60,020 bases of DNA from a virus. Taxonomy: Duplodnaviria > Caudoviricetes. Of the stretch, positions 35,583-44,883 are shown in pieces. The stretch is taken from IMG/VR virus record IMGVR_UViG_3300033513_000005, positions 1 through 60,020 of that record, one strand, 5' to 3'. A model generated the notes under the pieces. That model did no database searches. It had not been told where the DNA came from and was given only the letters and a program-made list of their open reading frames with translations. Both the position numbers and the translations under genes were made by a program. Each line of letters starts with the position of its first letter. Positions within the stretch are counted from its first letter, which is position 1.

Positions 35583-37577
35583 TTATGCGTATGCAATCTC
35601 TTGCAGGATTTTTTCAGCTTCCTTGATGTACCAGTCATGGTCAACGTCGCCTGGGAACTGCTCAGGGAGCTCCATAAGTGGCCGCGCCCCCTGTGTGCGG
35701 GGTACCTGTGCGCCACTGGTGGCCACTACAATGTTCCCCTCACACCCTGCCGCGTAATACCAGCGGATGGACTTGCCCAGATAGACCCCGTCTTTGTACC
35801 CGCCACCCTTGACTGTACGAACGTTCACAAACTTGCGGATGTCAGTGCACTTCCGAATCGTTTCCGCGATTGGTGTTCCATGCACTACCTGAGCAATTAC
35901 CGCGTCAACGCAGATGGAGTTCGTGGGGTTCTTTTGCAGCCCGCTCTTGGCATAAGCCCCTTTGAGCTTGCTGTATGTGAACGAACCGTCCTTGTTCTTG
36001 ATGGGTTCCTTGTAGACCGCGATGTAGTTGTTCACGTCACGGCTGTAGAGCGCCCGGTACTCGGTTTCTTCGGTTTCAAACCCCGTATCGCGTTCCCATT
36101 GCCCAATGACCCAATTGAGTTCATCCCGCCTTGCTTTGGGGCATTTGATTGCGATACCGTCGGTATTGGCACTGACCACAGTGATGCCCCGCAGCTCCAG
36201 TCGCTCAATCAGCATTAGTAACGACAATTGGCCCGTGATGGTAGTCTGGATTAGGAGGTCCGGGCTATACAGTGCACTGAAGCGACTACCTAGCTTGCCA
36301 AACGACCCATTGATAGTGATCTTGAGCGAGTCGGCAATAACCTTGTTCCCAGACTTCTTGGCCTGCAAACGGCGTTCAACAATTCCTCGATACACCTTTA
36401 GGAAATTTGCCCCGAGATGGTGGGGGTACAATCCGAGATTCAGAATGATGAACGGATAGTACGACGTCACGTCCCGGTCAACAAGAATGGTTTCATCGTC
36501 CGCAATGGTTGCCTTACGCTCTTCGCTGCTGTGCAACCCGCCAACCCCCATCCGGTACACGCCATCGGCAATCTGCAGCTTGAGCTCTTTGAGCTCCTCA
36601 GGCATTCCAATATTGCCTTCGTCACTAACAATGAACCTTGCGTGTCGAACAACATTCAACGCCCAGTTCATCAACGGGGTTTCGTATCGAATGAAATTTG
36701 GGATGCGATAGCTGTAGGCCGTACCAGGCTCAATTGTGGGCGGGAAGATGCGGTGCCCACTCAGGCGTTCGAGTTCTTCACGAATCACAGCTTCCGCAAT
36801 CTGCGCGTCGGACTTGCTTCGCAGGTCCATTCCGTACTCGCTACTCAGAGACTCACGAAGCGACAACTGCTCTTTCAGTGCATCATGCAGCATCTGAGTA
36901 TTAACAAGATCGTTCACGCAATACCATCGAACGATCGCCATCTGGTTACTGTTGAGAACCGTGTCGGGATGAAACGGCAGGTCCTGCATCTTCGGAGCAT
37001 GTAACCGCCCACCGTAGATCTTTAACGAAGCGCGAAGCGGAGCAACTTCAATGAGGTCAATGTGATCAAGCTTCAGTGCTTTCACCTTAGCACTGCGCAG
37101 AACGTCCGATGGGCGTGTACCATTCACAATGATTTCAAACGTCGCACCCTTCAGCTGAATATTGCTTCTACCGGCAAGAGCAAGGGCGAGAATTGGGGCG
37201 TCATACTGGTTACCGTTGAAACTGACAATGGTGAAGTTTTCAATAATCCATTTCAGTTTCGGAATGTTTAGCGGGTGGGTTGGCGTCAGTTCAAAGTAGA
37301 CAACCCGCTTCCACGTCTGAGACCAGAACGCGATGAGGAAATAATTCTCGTAACACTCGATGTCGTACACCAGTCGGTCACGGTTTACAGCAGCTTGGAC
37401 CAGTTCTGCGTCAGTAAACCGTTGCACCGGGAACTTCAACGCAAGCTCTAACCCGGGGAGGTAGTCTGGGCGCAGCCATACGGGCTCAGGGGGCGCGATG
37501 CGCTCCTTTTCTTTCTTCGGGGGTTTGGGCGGAGGTGTGTCGTCCCAAAAGAACCCAGCCATGTCAGGACGAGCCAT
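35583..37577 (-). CDS. DNA polymerase, divergent family B-like
   Basis: Exo motifs YDIE, FNGNQYD, YCVND; pol motifs DVTSYYP, KITINGSFGK, NTDG. Confidence 0.9.
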   Translation of the reverse strand: MARPDMAGFFWDDTPPPKPPKKEKERIAPPEPVWLRPDYLPGLELALKFPVQRFTDAELVQAAVNRDRLVYDIECYENYFLIAFWSQTWKRVVYFELTPTHPLNIPKLKWIIENFTIVSFNGNQYDAPILALALAGRSNIQLKGATFEIIVNGTRPSDVLRSAKVKALKLDHIDLIEVAPLRASLKIYGGRLHAPKMQDLPFHPDTVLNSNQMAIVRWYCVNDLVNTQMLHDALKEQLSLRESLSSEYGMDLRSKSDAQIAEAVIREELERLSGHRIFPPTIEPGTAYSYRIPNFIRYETPLMNWALNVVRHARFIVSDEGNIGMPEELKELKLQIADGVYRMGVGGLHSSEERKATIADDETILVDRDVTSYYPFIILNLGLYPHHLGANFLKVYRGIVERRLQAKKSGNKVIADSLKITINGSFGKLGSRFSALYSPDLLIQTTITGQLSLLMLIERLELRGITVVSANTDGIAIKCPKARRDELNWVIGQWERDTGFETEETEYRALYSRDVNNYIAVYKEPIKNKDGSFTYSKLKGAYAKSGLQKNPTNSICVDAVIAQVVHGTPIAETIRKCTDIRKFVNVRTVKGGGYKDGVYLGKSIRWYYAAGCEGNIVVATSGAQVPRTQGARPLMELPEQFPGDVDHDWYIKEAEKILQEIAYA

Positions 37578-38530
37578 TACTGCTTCATCCCGATAATAGC
37601 GCCCCGTAGGCGTTCACCAAAGAACATGCACGGGTTTGGATACGCGCTCCAGTCAACAGTTTTCACAACATCGCGGATTGACTGCAACATGTCGAACGCG
37701 TAGACCCCGCTGTGGTCAAACCCCTCAATCTCGTAGCCAGCCCCTTCGCTTTCGTCAGTATGGGTGCAGACTCTCCCGGGTTGAAAAAAGACACGACCCA
37801 TCTTGTCGCAGAAGGGTTTGATGACATCCATTGCCGCGAATATTCGCTCGTCCACAGGCTTCGCATCGCTAGGCCGATCGAGCACCTTACGCAAGTCCGG
37901 CCATTTCGTTTCAAGCAACTGAGTTCGGATCCAGCGGTTCTCACTGTAGTGGAACGTGATGCTGTTGGCGTCCATCTGAATGGAAGTGGGTGGTTCGTTT
38001 ACCCGCAGCATCTCTTTGATTGCCGCGCGTGGAACGTTGATGGGGTGAGGAACCTCCGCCCCGGTCCAGTATTCAACCAGCACGACGTTATTCGTAGCGA
38101 ATGCGCTTTGACCAAGCAAGAGCACGCCGTTGGACCAGGGCCGAGAAGCGTCATCCCCTATGACTGGGTAAATCACTTTGAACGCCTGCAGCAGTGCAGC
38201 CCCATCGATAGCCACATGCTCGCCGCTGGGCATCACGTGTGGCGTGTCACCATCGACGCAGTCAATGAAGGCTTTGAACTTGCCGCTCTTGATAGATAAG
38301 CGCCCACCGGGGGTCATGCTCATCTGTACCGTGTCTTCGCAATTCCCGATAGCGCGGATCAGTGGGTCAGCTTTCGGGTTGCATTTGATATCGAATGCAA
38401 TGGGGCTGCAGATTGCCAGTACCCCGTTGTAACCGCGAACCGTTCCATTCTCAATTGCGAAGTGGGTGAGGGCTGGAATAAATTCTTTTTTAGCAATTGA
38501 CCCCATGACAAATTTCAATTCAGATAACAT
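37577..38530 (-). CDS. DNA polymerase beta-clamp-like processivity factor
   Basis: MLSELKFV..., DASRPWSNGVLL, AFATNNVVL, PCMFFGERLRGAIIGMK; own AAGGA RBS; adjacent to the polymerase. Confidence 0.75.
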   Translation of the reverse strand: MLSELKFVMGSIAKKEFIPALTHFAIENGTVRGYNGVLAICSPIAFDIKCNPKADPLIRAIGNCEDTVQMSMTPGGRLSIKSGKFKAFIDCVDGDTPHVMPSGEHVAIDGAALLQAFKVIYPVIGDDASRPWSNGVLLLGQSAFATNNVVLVEYWTGAEVPHPINVPRAAIKEMLRVNEPPTSIQMDANSITFHYSENRWIRTQLLETKWPDLRKVLDRPSDAKPVDERIFAAMDVIKPFCDKMGRVFFQPGRVCTHTDESEGAGYEIEGFDHSGVYAFDMLQSIRDVVKTVDWSAYPNPCMFFGERLRGAIIGMKQ

Positions 38531-39007
38531 AACGGTTTCCTTTTTAGCGTTCTCAACGGGTGTCAAATATTGAAGGTTGTTATGCACATGCAGACCCGAC
38601 ACTAGTTTCCCCTGCAAGGGGATAATATGGTCAACGTGCATTCCCTTTGGGCAGTTCTTATACACCAAATTAATTTTCTTAAGATCAGCCCATTGGGGCG
38701 TCCTATTCATTTTGGATGCGTTTCGCTTTGCTTCTAAAGATTTTCGCACTTCGGCGTTCTTCACCGCGGAACGTCGGTTGTAAACAGCTTGCATTGAACG
38801 ATTTTGTTCTGCGTATTCCCGTTGATATAGATTGTAAGCATCTGGGTCGCTATGTCTTTGCAATCGGACCGTTAAAAGATTACACTGAACGCAACCTTTA
38901 CCCGCTACATACCTTTCTGAGTTATGGCCGTGCTTACACGGAATCCCCGTATAGTATCTTTTCAAACCCTTATTGATAGCAGCTTCTCTACTTATTATTT
39001 CTAGCAC
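38531..39007 (-). CDS. HNH endonuclease, in frame with the clamp and without its own stop
   Basis: YYTGIPCKHGH..R...CVQC, TPQWAD, HVDHIIPLQGKLVSGLHVHNNLQYLT..EN; AT-rich relative to flanks. Confidence 0.85.
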
Positions 39008-39015
39008 AGCAAACC

Positions 39016-39945
39016 TTAAAACAGTGTTTGCCGCAGTTCGCGGAAATTGATTTTTTCACGTTCATGGTTCATCTGGTCACCGATGGCCATGTACCCGTAA
39101 ATGTTAAACGCAGCGCGGGATTCGTACACGGTACTCAACCGCTCATAATCGAACCCCTGCTCAGCGAACGACTTAAGAACTTCTTCTCGTTCCATCGGGC
39201 TCAAGTTGCAGACGTGCTGCCCCGCGTCATGCCGTGACGGACTCTTTTCAGACACTGATATGGGGCCCCATTGCGGGGTGACAACACCACCGAACGCAGC
39301 CGATTGAATCCAGGATGAGGAGTCCACACTATACCAGTCATAGCGCTCCATGATCGGTATGGCGGTGATACCGAATCCGTGAACTTTGATTTTTGCACGC
39401 CCTGACCCGCTCAGGAGGTATCGATCCCAAATTTCGTCCAGCCATACCATAAGCTGCGAGCTTGAAGCCCCCACCATACCCCCCAGCGTGATGTATTCGT
39501 AGTTCTCAACGTAGTGCTGGAGGTACCGGGGATCTTCCCCAAAGTGGTAGCAAGGCAGGGGGCGGACACCGCGGGCTTCCATTTCCAACTGGTTGCGGTA
39601 CGTCTGCAGAGCGTCACCGATACCGTCAAGCACAGAGGCCATCAGCGCCCCGTCCTCAACGCGGATGATGTCAATATTTCGTTTGATGTAGTTGCAATAT
39701 TCCTCAACGCTCAAGGTCACCCCTAGCGTGTAGGCAGAGAAGGCTCCTGAGTCTAGAAACACTTTGGCCCCATCCATTCGCATGGCGTCCACGAAACGTT
39801 GCTTCCCAACATAGTGCCAGGATTCCAGAACGTGCATGGCCGAGTCCGCAATCACCTTTTCACGTTCGTTCAACTTGGCGTATCGAGCACTTTCACATCC
39901 GGCGCGATAACCGTTCGTATAGAGAGCTGCGAGGAATAGATTCAT
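39016..39945 (-). CDS. dpdA: DpdA-like DNA 7-deazaguanine transglycosylase (TGT fold)
   Basis: FLDSGAFS, PCYHFGE, YITLGG, KVHGFG, SVDSSSW; downstream of the folE/que genes. Confidence 0.75.
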   Translation of the reverse strand: MNLFLAALYTNGYRAGCESARYAKLNEREKVIADSAMHVLESWHYVGKQRFVDAMRMDGAKVFLDSGAFSAYTLGVTLSVEEYCNYIKRNIDIIRVEDGALMASVLDGIGDALQTYRNQLEMEARGVRPLPCYHFGEDPRYLQHYVENYEYITLGGMVGASSSQLMVWLDEIWDRYLLSGSGRAKIKVHGFGITAIPIMERYDWYSVDSSSWIQSAAFGGVVTPQWGPISVSEKSPSRHDAGQHVCNLSPMEREEVLKSFAEQGFDYERLSTVYESRAAFNIYGYMAIGDQMNHEREKINFRELRQTLF

Positions 39946-39969
39946 CAGACTAGGTCCCAAAGACAACAG

Positions 39970-39985
39970 CAGGGCCGAAGCCCTG
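39970..39985 (-). terminator. UUCG hairpin between folE and dpdA
   Basis: CAGGGC-TTCG-GCCCTG on the - strand, weak U-rich tail. Confidence 0.5.
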
Positions 39986-40009
39986 TGTGTATTTTACAGC
40001 CGGCGGTGC

Positions 40010-40633
40010 TTACTTCGCAAGCGACAAAAACTCAGAACGGGTCTGAGGTTCGTCCTTGATGACGCCGCGAAGAGCTGTGGTCACTGTGTGGTGGCCTTGC
40101 TGACAGATGCCCCGTGATTCCATGCACATGTGCCGCGCACGAATGAGCACGCCAACGCCCACCGGTTGCAGGTGCTCAACCAATGCATCGGCAATCTGGT
40201 CGGTAAGCCGCTCTTGTACCTGGAGCCGCCGTGCGAATGCATCGGCCAACCGAGACAGCTTGCTCAGCCCCACGATTTTTCCGTTCGGGATGTAAGCGAT
40301 GGAACAGGTACCGAAGATGTCTGCCAAATGGTGTTCGCATTTGGAATAGATGGGGATGTCTTTGACAAGGACCATCTGGTCGTATCTCTCGCCACCATCG
40401 TTGAACACCTTGAGCAGCGACGGAATGTCGACATTGTAACCGCTCGTCCAATGTTCCCAGGCCTTGGCCACACGCAGGGGAGTGTCGGCAGTTCCTTCGC
40501 GGCCGAACTCGGGGTCGATCTGGCTAATCAGGATTTCAGCTGCGTTGGCCAGATGCTCACGTTGCGACGAACCGTTGCTGCGGAATTCGTAGCGCCCCGG
40601 GGTCGTTTGACCATAGTTATACTTGTCGGTCAT
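40010..40633 (-). CDS. folE: GTP cyclohydrolase I
   Basis: REG..DTPLRV, SKCEHH, GLSKLSR, RLQVQERLT, HMCMESRG. Confidence 0.96.
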   Translation of the reverse strand: MTDKYNYGQTTPGRYEFRSNGSSQREHLANAAEILISQIDPEFGREGTADTPLRVAKAWEHWTSGYNVDIPSLLKVFNDGGERYDQMVLVKDIPIYSKCEHHLADIFGTCSIAYIPNGKIVGLSKLSRLADAFARRLQVQERLTDQIADALVEHLQPVGVGVLIRARHMCMESRGICQQGHHTVTTALRGVIKDEPQTRSEFLSLAK

Positions 40634-40634
40634 A

Positions 40635-41084
40635 TCAGCCCTTCATGTAGATGGCGCTGTTGGCACCATGTTCGCGGACTTCGACACTGACGAGGCTGCA
40701 ACGCGGGGAATAGCCGTAATCCCGCAGCCACTGCTCCGTGACTTCGTAAATCATCCGTGCGAACGATTCACAGCCGGTCGCGGGGACAACAACAACCTGG
40801 GCCAGCCCCATGCCTTGCAACGAAGACAGGTAATCCAGCTCGGGGTCATCTTCCGCCACCAGCAGCTTGTGATCGAAGGTGTCTTCCAGAATTCCCTTCA
40901 AGCTCTTCAGTGACCCAAAGTCAACGACCCAATTGCGAACGTCGAGTTCTTCAGCCTTGAACTCGAAGCGAACGGCCAGCGCATACCCGTGCAGGAAACG
41001 GCAATGCGAATCGGCTCGCCATTGGCGGAAGCAGGCGCTCAGGCCAATTTCGTGGCCGTAAGTTTTGGTGGAACGGTATGCCAT
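40635..41084 (-). CDS. queD: 6-carboxytetrahydropterin synthase
   Basis: SHCRFLHGY, WVVDFG, FDHK, EVREH. Confidence 0.9.
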   Translation of the reverse strand: MAYRSTKTYGHEIGLSACFRQWRADSHCRFLHGYALAVRFEFKAEELDVRNWVVDFGSLKSLKGILEDTFDHKLLVAEDDPELDYLSSLQGMGLAQVVVVPATGCESFARMIYEVTEQWLRDYGYSPRCSLVSVEVREHGANSAIYMKG

Positions 41085-41086
41085 GG

Positions 41087-42463
41087 TTAGTCTTTCTCGT
41101 ACTGGATGACCTCGGGGAGGTTGTTGATTTCAAATGCCTTGCGGCGCATGTAGCAAGGGCCACAGGTGCCGCAATGACGTTCACCTGCCCGGTAGCAACT
41201 CCAGGTCAGGTGCATCGGGGCGCCGACTTCATTGCCTAGCGCGACGATCTCGTGTTTCATCAAATTGCCAACAGGCATGATGACTCGCATCCGCTTCCCG
41301 TCACCAACGGCAAAGGGGAGCAGATCATTGAAACGAGCGATGAATTCGGGTTCATTGTCGGGGTAAGCCCCTGCTTCCTCCAGGTTGTTGCCAAGGACGA
41401 TAGTGCTGTAACCCCGTGCCTCAGCGAAGGCGGTCGCTACACTGAGGAGCAACAAGTTGCGAGCTGGGACCCACTCGTGAGCAAACTCCGCCCCCTCCTC
41501 ACCCCCCGCCACCTTGCTATCGGGGTCCAGCAGCGGCGAATCGCTTTTGCTGTACACGGGCAAAGGGAAGAGCGTGATCTCGGCCCCTAGGGCCTGCGCC
41601 ACAGCTTGCACCGCCTTCACTTCGGGGCCTTCTGCACGGCTACCATACTGGAAATGAATCAGGTGCACCCGGTAACCCAAGACCTTCTGGGCATAAGCCG
41701 CACTGACCACACTGTCGAGGCCGCCGCTGCACACGACAAGGGCTGTTTCTTCCTTACCCTGTTCCTTGTACAAAGATTCAAGATGGTTCACACCCCAATG
41801 GCAGAATGTTGCGGAGGTATACGGGGGCAGCATTCTCGGAGTGTACCGGTTCGGAAAGTAATTCCTGGCGCTAGCAAAGAAAATTCCATACTCGGTTTCG
41901 ATATACCAAACCGGACGGTAATTCGCCGCCACGAACAGTTGATCGGGTTTAGCTCGGTGTGTAGCCAGAATCGCGAAACTGCCTTTCAGCTTTCTGACGC
42001 ATTCGTTGAATTGCTGTGCTGTGGGCACAGCAAGTTCCGCCAGCAGTTCAACGATCGCTGCACTATCGATGTCCGACGGGTAGCTGTGCGTCCGTAAGCC
42101 CTTGTCGTTGGCGATCGTTCCGTTGTGAACGATCGCCCAGTTACCAAGGGAATACGGCTGCTGATCGAACTTGTTCTTGACACCGACATACTCGGTTGTC
42201 GGTTCCGCGCGGAGGTTGGCAATCACAACCGCATCCCCAATAGTCCCCAGGAACTTGGGCGGGTTATGTACCGCGTCAGCGCATTTGTGCACATCCCGGG
42301 ATACAACCGGGGGCATGATACAACCCCGGTTGATCATGTATCCGCGCCCATCTCGCCCTCGCTCATGGCTGCGATCCCAAATGGTCGCCAGAATGTCGTT
42401 CACCTCTGCCAAGGAGGACGGGGTGGATACGCCGTGAAGAACTGCCCCAATGATTGCACACAT
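41087..42463 (-). CDS. queC: Glutamine amidotransferase-QueC fusion (Gat-QueC)
   Basis: N-terminal Cys2 Ntn domain (MCAIIG, RGRD, VHNG); SGGLDS, VPARN, YPD, SCY...HCGTCGPC. Confidence 0.93.
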   Translation of the reverse strand: MCAIIGAVLHGVSTPSSLAEVNDILATIWDRSHERGRDGRGYMINRGCIMPPVVSRDVHKCADAVHNPPKFLGTIGDAVVIANLRAEPTTEYVGVKNKFDQQPYSLGNWAIVHNGTIANDKGLRTHSYPSDIDSAAIVELLAELAVPTAQQFNECVRKLKGSFAILATHRAKPDQLFVAANYRPVWYIETEYGIFFASARNYFPNRYTPRMLPPYTSATFCHWGVNHLESLYKEQGKEETALVVCSGGLDSVVSAAYAQKVLGYRVHLIHFQYGSRAEGPEVKAVQAVAQALGAEITLFPLPVYSKSDSPLLDPDSKVAGGEEGAEFAHEWVPARNLLLLSVATAFAEARGYSTIVLGNNLEEAGAYPDNEPEFIARFNDLLPFAVGDGKRMRVIMPVGNLMKHEIVALGNEVGAPMHLTWSCYRAGERHCGTCGPCYMRRKAFEINNLPEVIQYEKD

Positions 42464-42467
42464 GTGG

Positions 42468-43196
42468 TCACTCCATGTTGATAATCTTGTGAATCTGAAG
42501 TTGCAGCGTGTAACCGAATTGCATCACCGACTTGATGCACGCCTGCAAATTCTCCGCATTCGCAGCGATGTTCTTGTCGTCACATGGTTGGACGTAAATC
42601 GGAACGTCGTAAACGTCGGGTCTGGCAACGAATGGGGATGCAGTATGCCCCAATGCAACCATGGGCAGCCCGTCGTCCTCAACTTCGCCCGCGCGAATGA
42701 CGTATTTGAAGGCACAGGCGGAACCTTCAATATCCTTGTGGATCTTCCCCGTCTTGGGACTACACACGATGAAGCACCCGTCCGGTCGAGTTACATCGCG
42801 GTGCACCATACGAAGAAAGGACGCGCTCGGAACCCCGAGGGTACCGTTCGTCTCGATCTGCACTCTGTAACCTTCATTTACGAGTGTGCGGACCAGAACT
42901 TCAATATCCTGGCGGAATGGTTCCCCACCCGTAATGACCACAAGGTCATTGGCCCCTAGGAAAGCTTTCACGCGCCCCAAGATCTCGGCAGGTGTCATCA
43001 CTTCACGGTTGGAGGTGTAGTCGGTGTCACAGGCAGGGCATTGCAGGTTGCATCCTGCCAGACGCACGAACACAGCTTGTTGTCCGGCAAACGGGCCTTC
43101 GCCCTGGATGGTATTGAAGATGGAGTGGACAACGACTTCGCCGTCGTCCCGGAAATGACGTTTCTCGATGGGTTGGGAATTGGTGATTGGGATCAC
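42468..43196 (-). CDS. queE: 7-carboxy-7-deazaguanine synthase (radical SAM)
   Basis: TIQGEG, FVRLAGCNLQCPACDT, ITGGEP, IETNG, CSPK, LQIHK. Confidence 0.95.
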   Translation of the reverse strand: MIPITNSQPIEKRHFRDDGEVVVHSIFNTIQGEGPFAGQQAVFVRLAGCNLQCPACDTDYTSNREVMTPAEILGRVKAFLGANDLVVITGGEPFRQDIEVLVRTLVNEGYRVQIETNGTLGVPSASFLRMVHRDVTRPDGCFIVCSPKTGKIHKDIEGSACAFKYVIRAGEVEDDGLPMVALGHTASPFVARPDVYDVPIYVQPCDDKNIAANAENLQACIKSVMQFGYTLQLQIHKIINME

Positions 43197-43241
43197 TTTG
43201 GCTCCGGTAGTTTGCAGGCATCAGCCTGGGGATTGCGGATT

Positions 43242-43271
43242 AAAAAAGCCCAGCCCGAAAGGAGCTGGGCT
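43242..43271 (-). terminator. Rho-independent terminator
   Basis: AGCCCAGC/GCTGGGCT stem followed by a T run on the - strand. Confidence 0.8.
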
Positions 43272-43295
43272 CGGGTCTGCGTATTGTAACGCAGA

Positions 43296-43835
43296 TCAGG
43301 CGGCGGCACCTTGACCGGCGTCAGCCTGGGCCGGAGCCGGCTTCACGATGCGGCCCACCAGACCGTGGAACTTCTTCCAGCGGGCGTACTCGGTGCGGAT
43401 GTTGCTGGTGTTCAGGCCCTGGGCTTCGCCGGTGGTCAGCAGATCGGCAACGGCAACCGGGGAACCTTGTGCGGCGGACATCTGGTCGGCCAGGCTCCAC
43501 ACCTTGCCACACAGGCCGTCCGGGCCGGGGCGGCGGACGCCGTTCTGCATCGGCTGCTTGGCGGCTTCCTTGGCGGCGAGCTTGGCAGCCTTCTCGGCTT
43601 CCTTGTCAGCCTTGGCCTTGGCGGCGGCGTCCTTCTTGGCTTGGGCTTCAGCGTCCTTGGCGGCCTTGGCGGCAGCCTTGGCCTGCTTCTCGGCTTCCTT
43701 CTTGGCAGCGGCTTCCTTCGCGGCAGCGGCCTTGGCTTCTTTCGCAGCAGCGGCAGCGGCGTCTTTGGCCTGCTTGGCAGCAGCTTTTTCGGCAGCCTTC
43801 TCGGCAGCGATTTCTTCTTTGGTCTTTTCGGTCAT
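43296..43835 (-). CDS. Ala/Lys-rich (histone H1-like) protein with conserved C-terminal domain
   Basis: About 95 aa of AAK/KEA repeats, then QNGVRRP...CGKVW...EYARWKKFHG; own promoter and terminator; strong codon bias. Confidence 0.75.
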   Translation of the reverse strand: MTEKTKEEIAAEKAAEKAAAKQAKDAAAAAAKEAKAAAAKEAAAKKEAEKQAKAAAKAAKDAEAQAKKDAAAKAKADKEAEKAAKLAAKEAAKQPMQNGVRRPGPDGLCGKVWSLADQMSAAQGSPVAVADLLTTGEAQGLNTSNIRTEYARWKKFHGLVGRIVKPAPAQADAGQGAAA

Positions 43836-43885
43836 GATATACTCCTGATGGTTGGTTGAAAATGTCTTGCGACGGAATTGGACTT

Positions 43886-43911
43886 TAGACGAGGTAGAGT
43901 TTGATTGCAAG
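43886..43911 (-). promoter_or_regulatory. Putative promoter
   Basis: TTGCAA-17 nt-TAAAGT (coordinates approximate); CTTGCAATCAAAC is shared with 53622-53634. Confidence 0.55.
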
Positions 43912-43919
43912 TCTTTTTG

Positions 43920-44618
43920 TCAGACAGTCAAACGGAGCTTTTGCCACTCACCCAGCGCAGTTGAGCTCGTGGTCTTCTTGACCCCGTGAGCCGTCTCCAG
44001 CTCGGCCATTATGGCCCTGCGCAAAGTAAGCACAGCTTGCACATCTTTCGGGCTTCCAGCATCGGCCCACATCTTGTCGGCCACTTCGAAAATTACAGTC
44101 CGATTGCCGCCGCGTGGGGCCGCTGGGCGTGCAGCCAAGGGCATTGCGGGGGCTGGGACCGGATCAGGCTCTGTGGGCTCCGCTTGCACTTGTACAGCCT
44201 GTGCAGCAGCCGCTTCGGGACTGCTGGCCAAGGTTGCAGGAGTGAAGAGTTCGTTCAAGGGTTGAGCTTCGACGCTCCCCTTCAGGTAACGATAGAACCC
44301 CTTGTCTTTCGAATCGATCTTGGAAGCCTGGACGATAGCATCTTGTCCAGCATCACTTTCGGGTAGCGCACGGGCTGCCCCCAGCACCATTTCGATTAGG
44401 TGTTGGTGTGAAAACCCCTCAAACTTGTGGCCAGTCGTGTGCTTGTACAGCAGACGAAGGTCGAGCTCGGTCAGGTCGGGGAAACGACTTGCCACGTCAA
44501 TTCGGTACACACCGACATGACAATGCGCCACTTCGATTTGGCACAGAGCGTTGAGAACGGCCTTGTCATGATGCTTGTGACGAAAGGCTAGCGATTGTTT
44601 ATCGAGAAGGATGTACAT
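43920..44618 (-). CDS. Hypothetical protein, distant paralogous C-terminal domain
   Basis: VIFEVADKMW...TTSSTALGEWQK resembles the neighbours' C-termini. Confidence 0.7.
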   Translation of the reverse strand: MYILLDKQSLAFRHKHHDKAVLNALCQIEVAHCHVGVYRIDVASRFPDLTELDLRLLYKHTTGHKFEGFSHQHLIEMVLGAARALPESDAGQDAIVQASKIDSKDKGFYRYLKGSVEAQPLNELFTPATLASSPEAAAAQAVQVQAEPTEPDPVPAPAMPLAARPAAPRGGNRTVIFEVADKMWADAGSPKDVQAVLTLRRAIMAELETAHGVKKTTSSTALGEWQKLRLTV

Positions 44619-44883
44619 TTCGATTTCCAGTTTTACGAACGATTGTTCCATTGCAATTGTACACATTTCGTTCCGGGCTGTAAGCCCGCCCCATAATCTG
44701 CTCAGGCTCCTTGTAGAGAAAGACGCAACCTTGCGGGGCTTCAACTACCCAGAAGAAGACCCCGACAAGGATACAGAACAGGAAATAGAAGAACGCTCCC
44801 ACTTCTTGTTCATAGATAGCCCAGAGGGCAGCAATGGTGAACAGAATTGTCCACGTTGCTGCCGGAAGGTTTTCCGGGTTCAT
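44599..44883 (-). CDS. Small membrane protein
   Basis: Two hydrophobic segments; coupled to the upstream stop. Confidence 0.5.
   Translation of the reverse strand: MNPENLPAATWTILFTIAALWAIYEQEVGAFFYFLFCILVGVFFWVVEAPQGCVFLYKEPEQIMGRAYSPERNVYNCNGTIVRKTGNRNVHPSR

Noticed and set aside
33965-35626. 553-aa plus-strand ORF
   Set aside because: It is the antisense shadow of the UvrD-like helicase
41087-42463. QueC as part of a QatABCD or CBASS type IV defence system
   Set aside because: The context is a full folE/queD/queE/dpdA biosynthetic cluster with no cyclase, TatD or ATPase partner
43560-43835. Low-complexity GCGGC/CTT repeats and overlapping ORFs on both strands
   Set aside because: They follow from the Ala/Lys-rich coding sequence on the minus strand
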